Notes: generated by a model not told the origin, from the letters alone. DNA of 57,944 bases from an uncultured Pseudomonadales bacterium (GCA_964648715.1 CAZYNM010000008.1:1-57944), one strand, 5' to 3'. Shown: positions 39,188 through 48,931, counted from the first letter of the stretch. A program made the numbers and translations.

Positions 39188-40435
39188 CTACTCTCCCAAA
39201 GAAAGTTGTGCAATGACTTGTGAGAGAGAAAGACGGTCTTGTTGGCCTGTCTGCATATTCTTGAGTGATACTGTGCCATTTGCAGCCTCATCTTCACCAA
39301 TTACAACGACGTACGGTATTTTTTTTTGGTCAGCCAGCTTGAACTGCTTACCCAACTTGTCAACAGCAGGGTAGAGTTCAGTCTTGATGCCTGCTTGACG
39401 GAGCTGAGCTGTAGCTGCATATGCTGCTGCTGCACTTTCCTCAGAAAAAACACTCACGAGCACTTGAGTACCCTGGCCTTTTTGTTGTAACAGTCCCAGT
39501 TCTTCAAGCACTTCAACTGTTCTATCAAAGCCCACTGCAAAACCAACTGCGGGCATAGTGTAGCCTGAGAGTTGTTCTATGAGGTTGTCGTATCTACCGC
39601 CACCACCCAGTGATCCACTCGGATATTCGGGTACGCGACTCTCAAAAATGAGACCAGTGTAGTAATCCAAGCCGCGAGCTAGATTGGGGTTTCTTTTGAG
39701 TGCTTCACGTGGCACACCCAACTCAATAGCAATGTCTACAATTTGTTGTAATTGATTTGATATAGGAGCATTTTTAAGTTTGCTTAAAAGTTCATCAGCA
39801 GCAGCTGAAGTAAGGCCTTTCTCTACCAACTCTGCCGCTACTTCCGCAGGGCTCTGTTTGTCTAATTTGTCTATCGTTTGGGTCAAAGACAAAACAGGTG
39901 TTTGGGTAGTAGCAAAGGGGGTAAGAACCGAAAATAGTGTCTCACGATCGTTGATTTCAATCACGACAGATTTGAGACCAAGCTCACGGTACACAGCATA
40001 AAAAACTGCCAACACTTCAGCGTCTGCTTGTGCGCTGGTGCTGCCAAAAATATCACAGTCACTTTGGGTAAATTCGCGATACCGTCCTTTTTGTGGTTTG
40101 TCGGCGCGGAATACATTTTGGATTTGGTAGCGGCGGAAGTAGCGAGGGAGCTCACTTTGATACTGGTAGAGAATACGTGCCGTGGGTACCGTTTGGTCGT
40201 AGCGAAGTGCAATTGCGCGATCACCTCGATCTTGGAATGAATACACAAGCTTGTCTGCTTCGTCGCCATATTTACCCATAAGCAGTTCTGCATACTCCAG
40301 GGTGGGTGTTTCCAGTGGCTCAAAACCAAACCGCTCATATACTGAGCGCATAGTGGCCATCACAAAATCACGCGCACGTTTCTTCTGGGGTAAAAAATCT
40401 CTAAATCCTTTAAGTGTTTGTACTGGTGTTTGCAT
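39188..40435 (-). CDS. hisS: Histidyl-tRNA synthetase
   Basis: KGFRD, LRYDQT, FRADKPQKGRYREF, ARGLDYYTG, GGGRYD. Confidence 0.98.
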   Translation of the reverse strand: MQTPVQTLKGFRDFLPQKKRARDFVMATMRSVYERFGFEPLETPTLEYAELLMGKYGDEADKLVYSFQDRGDRAIALRYDQTVPTARILYQYQSELPRYFRRYQIQNVFRADKPQKGRYREFTQSDCDIFGSTSAQADAEVLAVFYAVYRELGLKSVVIEINDRETLFSVLTPFATTQTPVLSLTQTIDKLDKQSPAEVAAELVEKGLTSAAADELLSKLKNAPISNQLQQIVDIAIELGVPREALKRNPNLARGLDYYTGLIFESRVPEYPSGSLGGGGRYDNLIEQLSGYTMPAVGFAVGFDRTVEVLEELGLLQQKGQGTQVLVSVFSEESAAAAYAATAQLRQAGIKTELYPAVDKLGKQFKLADQKKIPYVVVIGEDEAANGTVSLKNMQTGQQDRLSLSQVIAQLSLGE

Positions 40436-40468
40436 AGATTCCTTTATTAGTTCTCCTGTTTTTTTTAC

Positions 40469-40493
40469 AAAAAATCCCGCCTATGTGCGGGAT
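40469..40493 (-). terminator. Attenuator terminator upstream of hisS
   Basis: ATCCCGC-ACATAG-GCGGGAT followed by a T run on the minus strand. Confidence 0.85.
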
Positions 40494-40527
40494 GGTGACG
40501 TACTTTTTGAGCACACAAAACCATCCC
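40489..40527 (-). promoter_or_regulatory. Antiterminator hairpin of hisS attenuator
   Basis: GGGATGGT (40527-40520) pairs with ACCATCCC (40496-40489), which overlaps the terminator 5' arm. Confidence 0.8.
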
Positions 40528-40572
40528 TCAGGCGAGAGTATGATGATGTGCTGCAGTACACTTACTAAACAT
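40528..40572 (-). CDS. His leader peptide MFSKCTAAHHHTLA
   Basis: ATG TTT AGT AAG TGT ACT GCA GCA CAT CAT CAT ACT CTC GCC TGA, upstream of hisS. Confidence 0.85.
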   Translation of the reverse strand: MFSKCTAAHHHTLA

Positions 40573-40578
40573 AGGTGT

Positions 40579-40587
40579 AGTATACCA
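40579..40587 (-). promoter_or_regulatory. Extended -10 for hisS leader
   Basis: TGGTATACT, 6 nt before the leader ATG. Confidence 0.75.
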
Positions 40588-40644
40588 TCGCCAGAACACT
40601 TAGCCAAATACGAAAGGGGTGTTACAATACAAGATGCACATTGA

Positions 40645-40717
40645 GGGCCCGTAGCTCATCTGGTAGAGCGCTGCATTCGCATTGCAGAGGCGGTCGGTTC
40701 GAGTCCGATCGGGTCCA
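40645..40717 (+). tRNA. tRNA-Ala(CGC)
   Basis: GGGCCCG/CGGGTCC acceptor with G3:U70, CTGCA-TTCGCAT-TGCAG anticodon arm, GTTCGA T-loop; CCA not encoded. Confidence 0.95.
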
Positions 40718-40749
40718 CTCAGTATGTGGAACAACACCTTGAAACATAT

Positions 40750-41613
40750 ATGCGCATTTTCCAAACAGGATGGCTTGATTACGAACTACTTGATGTAGGC
40801 AATGGGAAAAAACTTGAACGATATGGCGACATTGTTGTAGAGCGTCCTGCGCCAGGGACAACTGGTGCACCGATTAAAGACCTTCACCTATGGCAACCAC
40901 ACGCTCGCTTTGTGGAAGAAAATAAAAATTGGCAGTTTCTGAGGCATGTTCCTCAAACTTGGCCAGTGCACTGGCAGGACCTCACATTTACTGCAGAGTG
41001 TGCACCGTACAAACACATGGGTATATTTCCGGAACAGAGTGCGCACTGGCAGTGGATGCGTGATGTTCTTATGCAGTACAAAACACCATCTGAACCACCT
41101 CACGTACTTAATCTATTTGCATATACTGGCTGTGCAAGCGTGGTGGCTGCGCATACGGGGGCTCGAGTGACTCATGTGGATAGCTCTCGTGCAGTAATTG
41201 GTATGGCCAAGAAAAACCAGGCAAGTTCTGGTTTGTCAGAGCGATCTATCCGCTGGATTCTGGATGATGTGACAACGTTTGTAGGTAGAGAAGTGCGCAG
41301 AGGTGTGCGGTATGATGGTATCATCCTTGATCCACCTGCGTTTGGTCATGGACCACGAGGTGAACGTTGGCAGTTGCAGCGCTCGCTGCCGGAGCTCTTG
41401 TCATTGTGCAAAGAAGTCCTCAGCGATGCTCCGTTATTTGTGCTCATCAATATATACACAGGAGGCCTGTCCCCAAAGCAAATGGGAGCTGCACTGCAAC
41501 AGGTGCAACCTCAGCGGACAGGAGTTGTGACTACTGGTGAACTGTGTTTACAGACAAAGCAGGGTGAACGGCAGCTTTCTACGGGAGTGTGGGGCCGTTG
41601 GCAGGCAACGTAA
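40750..41613 (+). CDS. Class I SAM-dependent methyltransferase (RlmI/RlmK-like)
   Basis: KLERYG, GIFPEQ, LNLFAYTG, DGIILDPPAF. Confidence 0.88.
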   Translation: MRIFQTGWLDYELLDVGNGKKLERYGDIVVERPAPGTTGAPIKDLHLWQPHARFVEENKNWQFLRHVPQTWPVHWQDLTFTAECAPYKHMGIFPEQSAHWQWMRDVLMQYKTPSEPPHVLNLFAYTGCASVVAAHTGARVTHVDSSRAVIGMAKKNQASSGLSERSIRWILDDVTTFVGREVRRGVRYDGIILDPPAFGHGPRGERWQLQRSLPELLSLCKEVLSDAPLFVLINIYTGGLSPKQMGAALQQVQPQRTGVVTTGELCLQTKQGERQLSTGVWGRWQAT

Positions 41614-41617
41614 CGAT

Positions 41618-42679
41618 TCAATCATAGGTGAGGTCTTGAATCTGGGCAGCCGCATCTATATAGAGCGTATTCTCATGTCGATACCCAAATTGATCAGGAA
41701 CATAGATGCCAGGTTCGATGGTAATAGCCTGGTAGGGAAGAACCTGTTCAGTACTACCTGCGTGCAGATGGGGTGATTCATGAATGAGGTAGCCCACTCC
41801 ATGGCCCGTGCTATGTATGAAGTGTTCTCCGTATCCAGCCTGCTTGATGACGTCGCGAGCAGCCGCATCAATCTGGGCAGCGCTAAGTGGTGCAGCCGTA
41901 AGCTGTGCACGAGCAGCTTGGTAGCTGGTGCGCACGATTTTTTCCACTGTGGTGAAAAGTGATGATGGCCTGGATCCATACCAGACTGTACGAGTCATAT
42001 CAGCGCACTGATGCTTGTAGCGTGCCCCAAGATCTATAAGGACGGGTACATTGAGGGTAAGGGGAGTATCGTCTGAATGGTGATGAGGAATTGCGGTGTG
42101 TGCTCCAAACGCGACAATGGGCTCAAATGCCCACTCTGCACCATTGTGTAGAAAGTGCTGCTTGAGCACAGATATGAGATGAGCTTCTGTCACACCAGGC
42201 TTGAGAGTCTGGTGAATCAGCCGCCAAGCCTCACTGGTAATTTTTCCAGCTTGCAGCATGGCTGCACGCTCGGTCTCTGTTGTAGGAAATGAAAGTGTCT
42301 CCAGTAGTGTTTGGGGTAATGGAGCGTACTTGATGTGCGGACTGCGCATCTGTAGACCCTCAAGTTCTGCACAAGTGAGTGTGTGCGAGTCGTACCACAC
42401 ACTGCTGGATTTTGTTTCTTCAAAAAAAGTACGAACAGGACTCTGGCTGCCCTGGCCAAATACAGCATACTGAATGCCGGGAATTTGTGATGGAGTAAGG
42501 AGGGGGGAGTGCACAAGTAGTGCCTGAGTAGAAGACAGTAGAAGTAATGCTTCTCGCTCTAGTTGTGAACAAGGACAACTGGTAAGTTTATAGATATGAT
42601 GAGGAGCACTGAGCAGCACTGCATGGTGGGAAGGAATCTGTTTTTGCAATTGCCTAATGCGTTCAAGCACGTTCCTCAT
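41618..42679 (-). CDS. Xaa-Pro peptidase (M24B)
   Basis: D.GA.....AD.TRT, HSTGHGVG..IHE, TIEPG, RHE. Confidence 0.92.
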   Translation of the reverse strand: MRNVLERIRQLQKQIPSHHAVLLSAPHHIYKLTSCPCSQLEREALLLLSSTQALLVHSPLLTPSQIPGIQYAVFGQGSQSPVRTFFEETKSSSVWYDSHTLTCAELEGLQMRSPHIKYAPLPQTLLETLSFPTTETERAAMLQAGKITSEAWRLIHQTLKPGVTEAHLISVLKQHFLHNGAEWAFEPIVAFGAHTAIPHHHSDDTPLTLNVPVLIDLGARYKHQCADMTRTVWYGSRPSSLFTTVEKIVRTSYQAARAQLTAAPLSAAQIDAAARDVIKQAGYGEHFIHSTGHGVGYLIHESPHLHAGSTEQVLPYQAITIEPGIYVPDQFGYRHENTLYIDAAAQIQDLTYD

Positions 42680-43791
42680 TTCTTGGTTTTTGTGGCTAGT
42701 GAGCGAACAGTAGTAAGCACATACTCTGCATCATCTTCTTTTTGTTTTTGAGCCACTACCACGACTGTAAAGTCTTTCTGTATGTCAGTCAATTTAAGTG
42801 GGGTGCCATCTAATGCTTCAAACTTGGTTTGTTTGGTGCTGGCAAAGCTGAGTTGCTCACCTTGGGTTTTGTCACGGGGCACAAAAACGAGTTGCTGTTT
42901 TTTGATGTCCTGCACGGTGGCGATACTCACCAGCTTTGGTTTTGGACGTAAAGAGGTATCAGAAATAAGAATAAGCTTAGGCACCAGGGTATCTTCAGAT
43001 TTTTCACCTACTACAGTTACCCAGTTGGAAACAGATACATCAGGCAGTGCAACCTTTTTATCTTTCTTTCTAAAAGATACGGTGTCATTGATCTTTAATA
43101 TAGTACTGGTGTCATCATGTTTTACCGTGATACTGCTCTGAGCGATTCTGGTCACTTCACCAACAAATCCGGTGAGTGCTGTATCTTGTGATGCAAGCGT
43201 TTCAAGTGCTTTTTCTATACGTTGGTTAAGATTGGCAGTTCCTGATGCGGATGGAGTTGGCGTGAGTGAGGGAAGTGGTGAAGCAGATGTTTTGGGCTTA
43301 GGGGTAGGGGTAGGAGATGCTTTTTTGGGTGGTGGTGTGGGTGTAGGGGTAGGTTCGGGGGCAGCGAGGTCTGCTACAATCACGGTGCGTTCAAGACTAC
43401 GCATGGTGTTGTCACTATCGTTCGTTACTACTGTGAGAATATTGCCACCAGAACTGAGCGGGACGTCAAAACTAAATGTCCCCGCATCATCTGACTCCCG
43501 GATGTACTCAGTATCATTGACAAAAAGAACAACTGGTTGCAGAGGATTGGTAGTTCCAGTTACGGTTGTTTTCTTTTCCTTTTGAACAGTACCCTGTTGA
43601 GGATTATGGAGTGTAATTCCATGTACCATCGTTGTGGCACTTTCCACTGCGGATCCCGATACTACCTGCGCACTTGTTCCTGGCTTGACTGGCTTCTTCT
43701 GTAGCGCGCTGCGTGCTTGGTATACGCCGTAGGTGATAATTAGACCCAAGGTAAGTCCAATAAAGACAGCGACTGCGGTTTCCTTTTTCAT
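42676..43791 (-). CDS. Membrane-anchored hypothetical protein with Ig-like domain, Pro/Thr linker and beta-rich repeats
   Basis: N-terminal TM, G.FSFDVPL..G.N.L, PTPTP linker. Confidence 0.7.
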   Translation of the reverse strand: MKKETAVAVFIGLTLGLIITYGVYQARSALQKKPVKPGTSAQVVSGSAVESATTMVHGITLHNPQQGTVQKEKKTTVTGTTNPLQPVVLFVNDTEYIRESDDAGTFSFDVPLSSGGNILTVVTNDSDNTMRSLERTVIVADLAAPEPTPTPTPPPKKASPTPTPKPKTSASPLPSLTPTPSASGTANLNQRIEKALETLASQDTALTGFVGEVTRIAQSSITVKHDDTSTILKINDTVSFRKKDKKVALPDVSVSNWVTVVGEKSEDTLVPKLILISDTSLRPKPKLVSIATVQDIKKQQLVFVPRDKTQGEQLSFASTKQTKFEALDGTPLKLTDIQKDFTVVVVAQKQKEDDAEYVLTTVRSLATKTKK

Positions 43792-43868
43792 GTTATGCCC
43801 ACATTATACTATGGAGTCAACAAGAGACGAGTGGTATAGTAAGCCTACCAAACTGGGGGAGTATACGT

Positions 43869-44531
43869 ATGACAGTAACATATCATGGCCATTCTGCCTT
43901 TAAACTCAAGGGAAAACGCGGAACAGTTGTTACCGACCCTTATACAGCTGCTGTGGGATTTGAGCTGCCATCACTGAGTGCAGACATCGTGACAGTGTCC
44001 CATGACCATTTTGATCACAATGCTGCACAGTCTGTCCGTGGTACCGCTCGTAGAGAACATCCCTTCCTTATTACTCAACCAGGTGAATATGAACTAGGCG
44101 GTATTTCTGTCTTTGGTGTACAGTCCTTTCACGACGCTTCACAAGGTACTGAGCGAGGAAACAACACTATATTTACCATTCTGCTTGATGATGTGCGGGT
44201 GTGTCACCTTGGTGACCTTGGACATGAATTAACCGATGAACAACGAGAGTTTATAGGTGGTGTTGACGTATTGTTATGCCCTGTTGGTGGTAGTTTTACT
44301 CTAGATGCACAAACAGCCATCAAGGTAATCCGAACTCTTGAACCAAGTATTGTTATTCCCATGCATTATCGCACAGATAGGCATGATGCCAAAATCTTTG
44401 CTGATGTACAACCAGTGGGGGTCTTCCTTAAAGAATACGGTGTAGAGGTGCAAGCCGAAGCTAAACTTGAAGTGGAAAAAGAGGCATTACCTGAAGAAAC
44501 AGAAGTGGTAGTACTCACTGAACAGTGGTAA
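43869..44531 (+). CDS. MBL-fold metallo-hydrolase
   Basis: GHSAF, TDPY, SHDHFDHN, HLGDLG, PMHY. Confidence 0.92.
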   Translation: MTVTYHGHSAFKLKGKRGTVVTDPYTAAVGFELPSLSADIVTVSHDHFDHNAAQSVRGTARREHPFLITQPGEYELGGISVFGVQSFHDASQGTERGNNTIFTILLDDVRVCHLGDLGHELTDEQREFIGGVDVLLCPVGGSFTLDAQTAIKVIRTLEPSIVIPMHYRTDRHDAKIFADVQPVGVFLKEYGVEVQAEAKLEVEKEALPEETEVVVLTEQW

Positions 44532-44541
44532 AAGCAGAACA

Positions 44542-45861
44542 ATGTCAAATGTCAAACTACCTCCGCACGATTTGGATGCAGAGGCATCTCTTCTCAGCGC
44601 ACTACTTATTGATCCAGATGCAATTATAAAGATTGCGGATACTATTGCTCCAGAGAGTTTTTATGATCCTGCCAATAAAACCGTGTATGCAGCCATAGAA
44701 GCGCTCTATGAAAAGCGCCAACCGGTTGATGCAATCACACTTACCAATCAGCTCAAGAAAATGAAGAAACTCCAAGAAATTGGAGGTGCTGCCAGGTTGG
44801 CTGATCTTTCCAGTGTACTTTCAACCGCTGCCAATGTGGTGGAATACGCCAAAGTTGTCTCTGATGCTGCGATTAAACGCCGTCTTATTACCATAGCAGG
44901 TGAGATGAGCGAGAAAGCCTTTGACCCAAGTGTGGAAGCCAGTGATGTGATGGATCTTGCTGAACAACATGTTTTTGCAATTTCTCAAGACTCTGGAAGC
45001 CAGTCTTTTAGTGCCATTAAAGATACGTTGGTAGAAAGTTTTGAACGGCTTGATGAACTGCAGAAAAATGGAGGAGACATTCGTGGGGTTCCCACGGGTT
45101 TCCTTGACGTAGACAGAATGCTGGCGGGTATGCAGCGCTCCAATCTACTTATCTTAGCGGCTCGCCCTGGTATGGGAAAGACTGCCTTTGCCCTTAACAT
45201 AGCGCATCATGCTGCCGTGGTGGCCAAGCAGCGAGTGGGTATTTTTTCGTTGGAAATGAGTCGAGAAGAGTTGGTTGATCGTTTGTTGGTGTCACAAGCT
45301 GACATTGATGCGTGGCGGCTCAAAACAGGCAGATTGGATCAGCAAGATTTCTTGAAGATTTCCGATGCAATGGGTGTGCTGGCCGATGCGCACATCTTTA
45401 TTGATGATACTCCTGGTTTGACCATTTTTGAAATGCGTACGCGAGCGCGTCGCTTAATGACAGAACATCACATTGACCTCCTGGTAGTGGACTACCTACA
45501 GCTTGCCCAAGGTCGTACCAAAGATAATCGTGTGCAAGAAGTTGCAGAAATATCACAGGGACTCAAAAATATTGCGCGTGAACTCAAGATCCCGGTGCTA
45601 GCACTTTCACAGTTGTCACGTGCCGTTGAAAGCAGAGGAGAGCGCATTCCACAGCTTTCAGATCTACGTGAATCGGGTTCCATAGAACAGGATGCAGACG
45701 TGGTGCTATTCTTGTATCGCAAAGATGAAGATATTCGTGAAGCGGTGAGTCTTAAGATTGCAAAACATCGTAATGGATCTGTTGGTGATATTGATCTGTA
45801 CTTTAAGGGTGATCGTATTAAATTCTATGGTATGGAAACAAGAAAACCAGGTGGCGGTTAA
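44542..45861 (+). CDS. dnaB: Replicative DNA helicase
   Basis: PPHD..AE, AARPGMGKT, DYLQL, SQLSR, DLRESGSIEQDAD. Confidence 0.98.
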   Translation: MSNVKLPPHDLDAEASLLSALLIDPDAIIKIADTIAPESFYDPANKTVYAAIEALYEKRQPVDAITLTNQLKKMKKLQEIGGAARLADLSSVLSTAANVVEYAKVVSDAAIKRRLITIAGEMSEKAFDPSVEASDVMDLAEQHVFAISQDSGSQSFSAIKDTLVESFERLDELQKNGGDIRGVPTGFLDVDRMLAGMQRSNLLILAARPGMGKTAFALNIAHHAAVVAKQRVGIFSLEMSREELVDRLLVSQADIDAWRLKTGRLDQQDFLKISDAMGVLADAHIFIDDTPGLTIFEMRTRARRLMTEHHIDLLVVDYLQLAQGRTKDNRVQEVAEISQGLKNIARELKIPVLALSQLSRAVESRGERIPQLSDLRESGSIEQDADVVLFLYRKDEDIREAVSLKIAKHRNGSVGDIDLYFKGDRIKFYGMETRKPGGG

Positions 45862-45882
45862 AGTGTGTTCAAGGTGTTGAAT

Positions 45883-46119
45883 TTACGCGTGTGAACTGTA
45901 GCCAAAAAGCAGATACAGTAGTGTGCCCGAAAGAACTAAAAAAATAAGCAAAAACCCCAGATTCTGTTTGAGTTTACCGGTGCTTTCTTCTGGGTGCGGG
46001 GTGTCGGTACTGGCAATAATGACACCTGCTATCACAAACCATACTACGCCACGAGCTACGATAGACCAGATACTGCTCACATCAAATATACCGCGAATAA
46101 TGCTCTCAAGCCAAGCCAT
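45883..46119 (-). CDS. Small two-TM membrane protein
   Basis: Two hydrophobic segments from ATG at 46119. Confidence 0.55.
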   Translation of the reverse strand: MAWLESIIRGIFDVSSIWSIVARGVVWFVIAGVIIASTDTPHPEESTGKLKQNLGFLLIFLVLSGTLLYLLFGYSSHA

Positions 46120-46160
46120 GTATACCACTATGCATGAATTGAGAAGAAAATGCAAGTTTG

Positions 46161-48248
46161 CTAGAGGCGAAGACCATTTTCTACAGCACTCAGAAGAGGT
46201 GAAAAGTGTCCTCGGAACCAAGCTGAAAATAGGGGGACCTGTGGTTCACCCATTTTTTGTTCTTTGCCTTTGGCACCAAGGCTAGGGTGGGCAGCCCATT
46301 CACTCAGGATACCGGGATGGAGAGCAGCAGCAGCAAGCCCGCCCATGAGAATGCTCCAGTGATCTCCGTATTTTTCCTGAATACGGGATAGTACTTCTGA
46401 AGGTAGTGCGGTGTCGGCAAAACGGGGATTGGCGGGTAAGATTGCTTCTTTGAAGAGGGGTGCTGGTTGGGAACTTCCCAGTTTCCAACAGAGTAGGGGA
46501 GTGATGCATCGTTCACTTGTTTCTGTAGTGGTAAGAGGGTGTGGTTTGAGGTTTTTGAGTCTGTCACCACTGAACTCAAGTTCTGGTGTCAGTTGATAGG
46601 AGCCATCTGAGCCATCAGGGAATCGAACCTGTATTCTATTGTGGGCGGCATCGGCGGCCCTGAGCAGAATGGTGGGAACATCTTGAGGTTCCGTATAATA
46701 CGCTTTTACCTCCAGACCATCTTGCGTTTCAACACACTCTATTTGTGCCCAATGCACGCCTGGCGTTATTGGGGGTTGATGAAGGACAGTGATCAGTTTT
46801 TCTAAAATTGTTGAGCCGGCTACCTGTGCAAGGTGCGCGGTGAATGCCTTGCGTTCAAGACCTTCTCCATACGTTTGCGCATGTGTGTATGTCACTGTGT
46901 TTGCGGGGGTATGGCAAGCTGCTAAATAACTGATAAGTTGAAATAAACTGTACTCGACGCTAATCGACTTTGAATAAGCACTCTGTGCATCATTGAGGGC
47001 AGTCAACCAATCACGCTTTTCATGTTGAAACTCCGACCAGCCGGGTATCTGATCATGCAGCTCGAGTATTTCAGTTTTTTCATCAACCCAATCAGCCTTG
47101 GTGAATGTAGGGATATCCGCTAGATTCCCATAGGAAGTTCCAGTACTGGGTGCTACAGCATGCAGCAGTCTCAACAAACCTACAGAATAGACCGGTGCAA
47201 ATACGAGGAGTCCGTATTGTTCGCCTGTTGAAGTGGTAATAACTTCTACACGAGGAGGGGCCTCTTGTGCCGCTACACGTATGTGTTCTAGGGCAGCGCG
47301 TTGGGAACCTTGGCGAGACAGTTTGAGTGCACTCTGATCTTTTTGCTCTAGAGCACAGGGTACTATGATATGAATGCCGTCTCCCTGGAGGGAAGTGATG
47401 GTCAGGTGAGTAGGGAGAGTGAGCTGTGGTGCACGAACTCGTTCTTGTTCAGTGATGAGTGGTGCCAGGAAAGCCTGGAGTGTTACCTCAAATTGATTGG
47501 GAGTAGTCAACCATTGGCTAAGTCCTGGGGTAACAAATGATTCTTGTTCTAACGTTTCGAGGAACCGTTTCCCTCGGTGTGAAGGCACCGCACCACTATA
47601 GAAAGATGTGTAGGTGTGGTAGGTGTCTCTTCGAGTTGGTTTGCCCAGGATTCCCTGTAATTTTTGGCGGACATCATCAAGGAATGATTGCAGCGTACGC
47701 TTGTAGTACCACTGGTCATTGCCATCAATAGACTGTTTGTTACCACTCATGTCGCAGATCAAAAAATGCATCATATAGTCTGGCATTGATCGTATGTATG
47801 ATTCATTTCTGAAGGTGGTGACAACTTGGCGAAGCACCATGTGTGCAGTAGCGCGATCAATGATACGTTCCAGACCAAGTTCTTGTGGGGTATACATGAG
47901 GGTGAGAAAGCAGAGTAGCTGGCGTTCTTCGGGCTGAGACAGGTGTGAAAAATAGGTTGTTAGTTGGTCATAGTGTGCTTCAAGTGTTTCTTGAGCTGCA
48001 CTAAGCCATGTTGTCACGGCTTGGGTGGTTTCATCAGGCATCTTTGACCAATAGAGATCTTTCTGATGTGCTGCGGTAATCTGTGCTGCAACACGAGCAG
48101 GATTGTAGAGCTGCTGGAGTGCTTCGCGAGAAGCAAAAAATGGTGTGCTTCCTTTATTTATAAATACATTCGTAGCCAACACCGCAGAGTTTATCCATTG
48201 GAATTCTGGCAATGATGTTTGAGGTTCTTGCTCCGGAGATTTCCGCAT
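46161..48248 (-). CDS. Large hypothetical protein, possible APH/kinase-like fold centrally
   Basis: 695-aa ORF; TGCTATACT upstream. Confidence 0.6.
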   Translation of the reverse strand: MRKSPEQEPQTSLPEFQWINSAVLATNVFINKGSTPFFASREALQQLYNPARVAAQITAAHQKDLYWSKMPDETTQAVTTWLSAAQETLEAHYDQLTTYFSHLSQPEERQLLCFLTLMYTPQELGLERIIDRATAHMVLRQVVTTFRNESYIRSMPDYMMHFLICDMSGNKQSIDGNDQWYYKRTLQSFLDDVRQKLQGILGKPTRRDTYHTYTSFYSGAVPSHRGKRFLETLEQESFVTPGLSQWLTTPNQFEVTLQAFLAPLITEQERVRAPQLTLPTHLTITSLQGDGIHIIVPCALEQKDQSALKLSRQGSQRAALEHIRVAAQEAPPRVEVITTSTGEQYGLLVFAPVYSVGLLRLLHAVAPSTGTSYGNLADIPTFTKADWVDEKTEILELHDQIPGWSEFQHEKRDWLTALNDAQSAYSKSISVEYSLFQLISYLAACHTPANTVTYTHAQTYGEGLERKAFTAHLAQVAGSTILEKLITVLHQPPITPGVHWAQIECVETQDGLEVKAYYTEPQDVPTILLRAADAAHNRIQVRFPDGSDGSYQLTPELEFSGDRLKNLKPHPLTTTETSERCITPLLCWKLGSSQPAPLFKEAILPANPRFADTALPSEVLSRIQEKYGDHWSILMGGLAAAALHPGILSEWAAHPSLGAKGKEQKMGEPQVPLFSAWFRGHFSPLLSAVENGLRL

Positions 48249-48359
48249 GTGTGCTTTTTACAGCTATATAGCGCTGCTGATGGGGGTAGTATAGCATGCG
48301 TTGCAAACACGCAATGTCAGATTTGTGGATGATGAGGTATACTACGTCCTGTATCCGGA

Positions 48360-48445
48360 GCCACTGTGGCGGAACTGGTAGACGCGTGGGTCTCAAAAAC
48401 CCATGAGCCTTAAAACTCGTGTCGGTTCGATTCCGACCAGTGGCA
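48360..48445 (+). tRNA. tRNA-Leu(CAA)
   Basis: GCCACTG/CAGTGGC acceptor, TGGGT-CTCAAAA-ACCCA anticodon arm, long variable arm; CCA not encoded. Confidence 0.95.
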
Positions 48446-48454
48446 CGTGCAGTT

Positions 48455-48904
48455 TTACTTTAAAAAATAAATCACCCCAACAATGATTATCTGAGGCAAT
48501 AACCCCAACCACATGGTGGGAATTGAGTGGTGAAAGTTGTGATGGAATTGGTTAACAGGTTTCAAAAACCATGGTTCCCATTTGAGAAAATTACGTGGTG
48601 CTTCTAGAAAATCGGGCAACAGCCCACAGAAAGCACCTATACAAATGTGGTATATGAGTGTTGTACCCAAGGTATCTTTCCAGAACCAATACACCAGCAC
48701 TGCAGTGAGTGCTAAATCAAATAATTCCAAAATAAATGCTGTCCGGCGTGTCCGGGTGCCCGCAGAAAGACCTGTACCCACATCCCAGTGTGGCATCCAA
48801 TCCTGAAGGTAATGAAACCCAAGTGCCAAGGGTATATACACCAAGGGCGTGGGGATTTTGCTTGCGATGAATGCCCCCGTTAGGGCATGTGGTATAGAAA
48901 GCAT
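48455..48904 (-). CDS. Membrane protein, YdjM-like metal-dependent hydrolase
   Basis: HALTGA, H..QD..PHWD, LPD, H..FHH. Confidence 0.6.
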   Translation of the reverse strand: MLSIPHALTGAFIASKIPTPLVYIPLALGFHYLQDWMPHWDVGTGLSAGTRTRRTAFILELFDLALTAVLVYWFWKDTLGTTLIYHICIGAFCGLLPDFLEAPRNFLKWEPWFLKPVNQFHHNFHHSIPTMWLGLLPQIIIVGVIYFLK

Positions 48905-48931
48905 ACAAAAACATAGTATACAATAGACTTT

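Noticed and set aside
40436-40590. T-box upstream of hisS
   Set aside because: No T-box consensus or long stem I; the leader-peptide model explains the region
43245-43365. Repetitive G-rich DNA
   Set aside because: Encodes the Pro/Thr linker of the 42676-43791 protein; not CRISPR or a tandem repeat element
46161-48445. Island integrated at tRNA-Leu
   Set aside because: No integrase and no duplicated tRNA 3' end noticed
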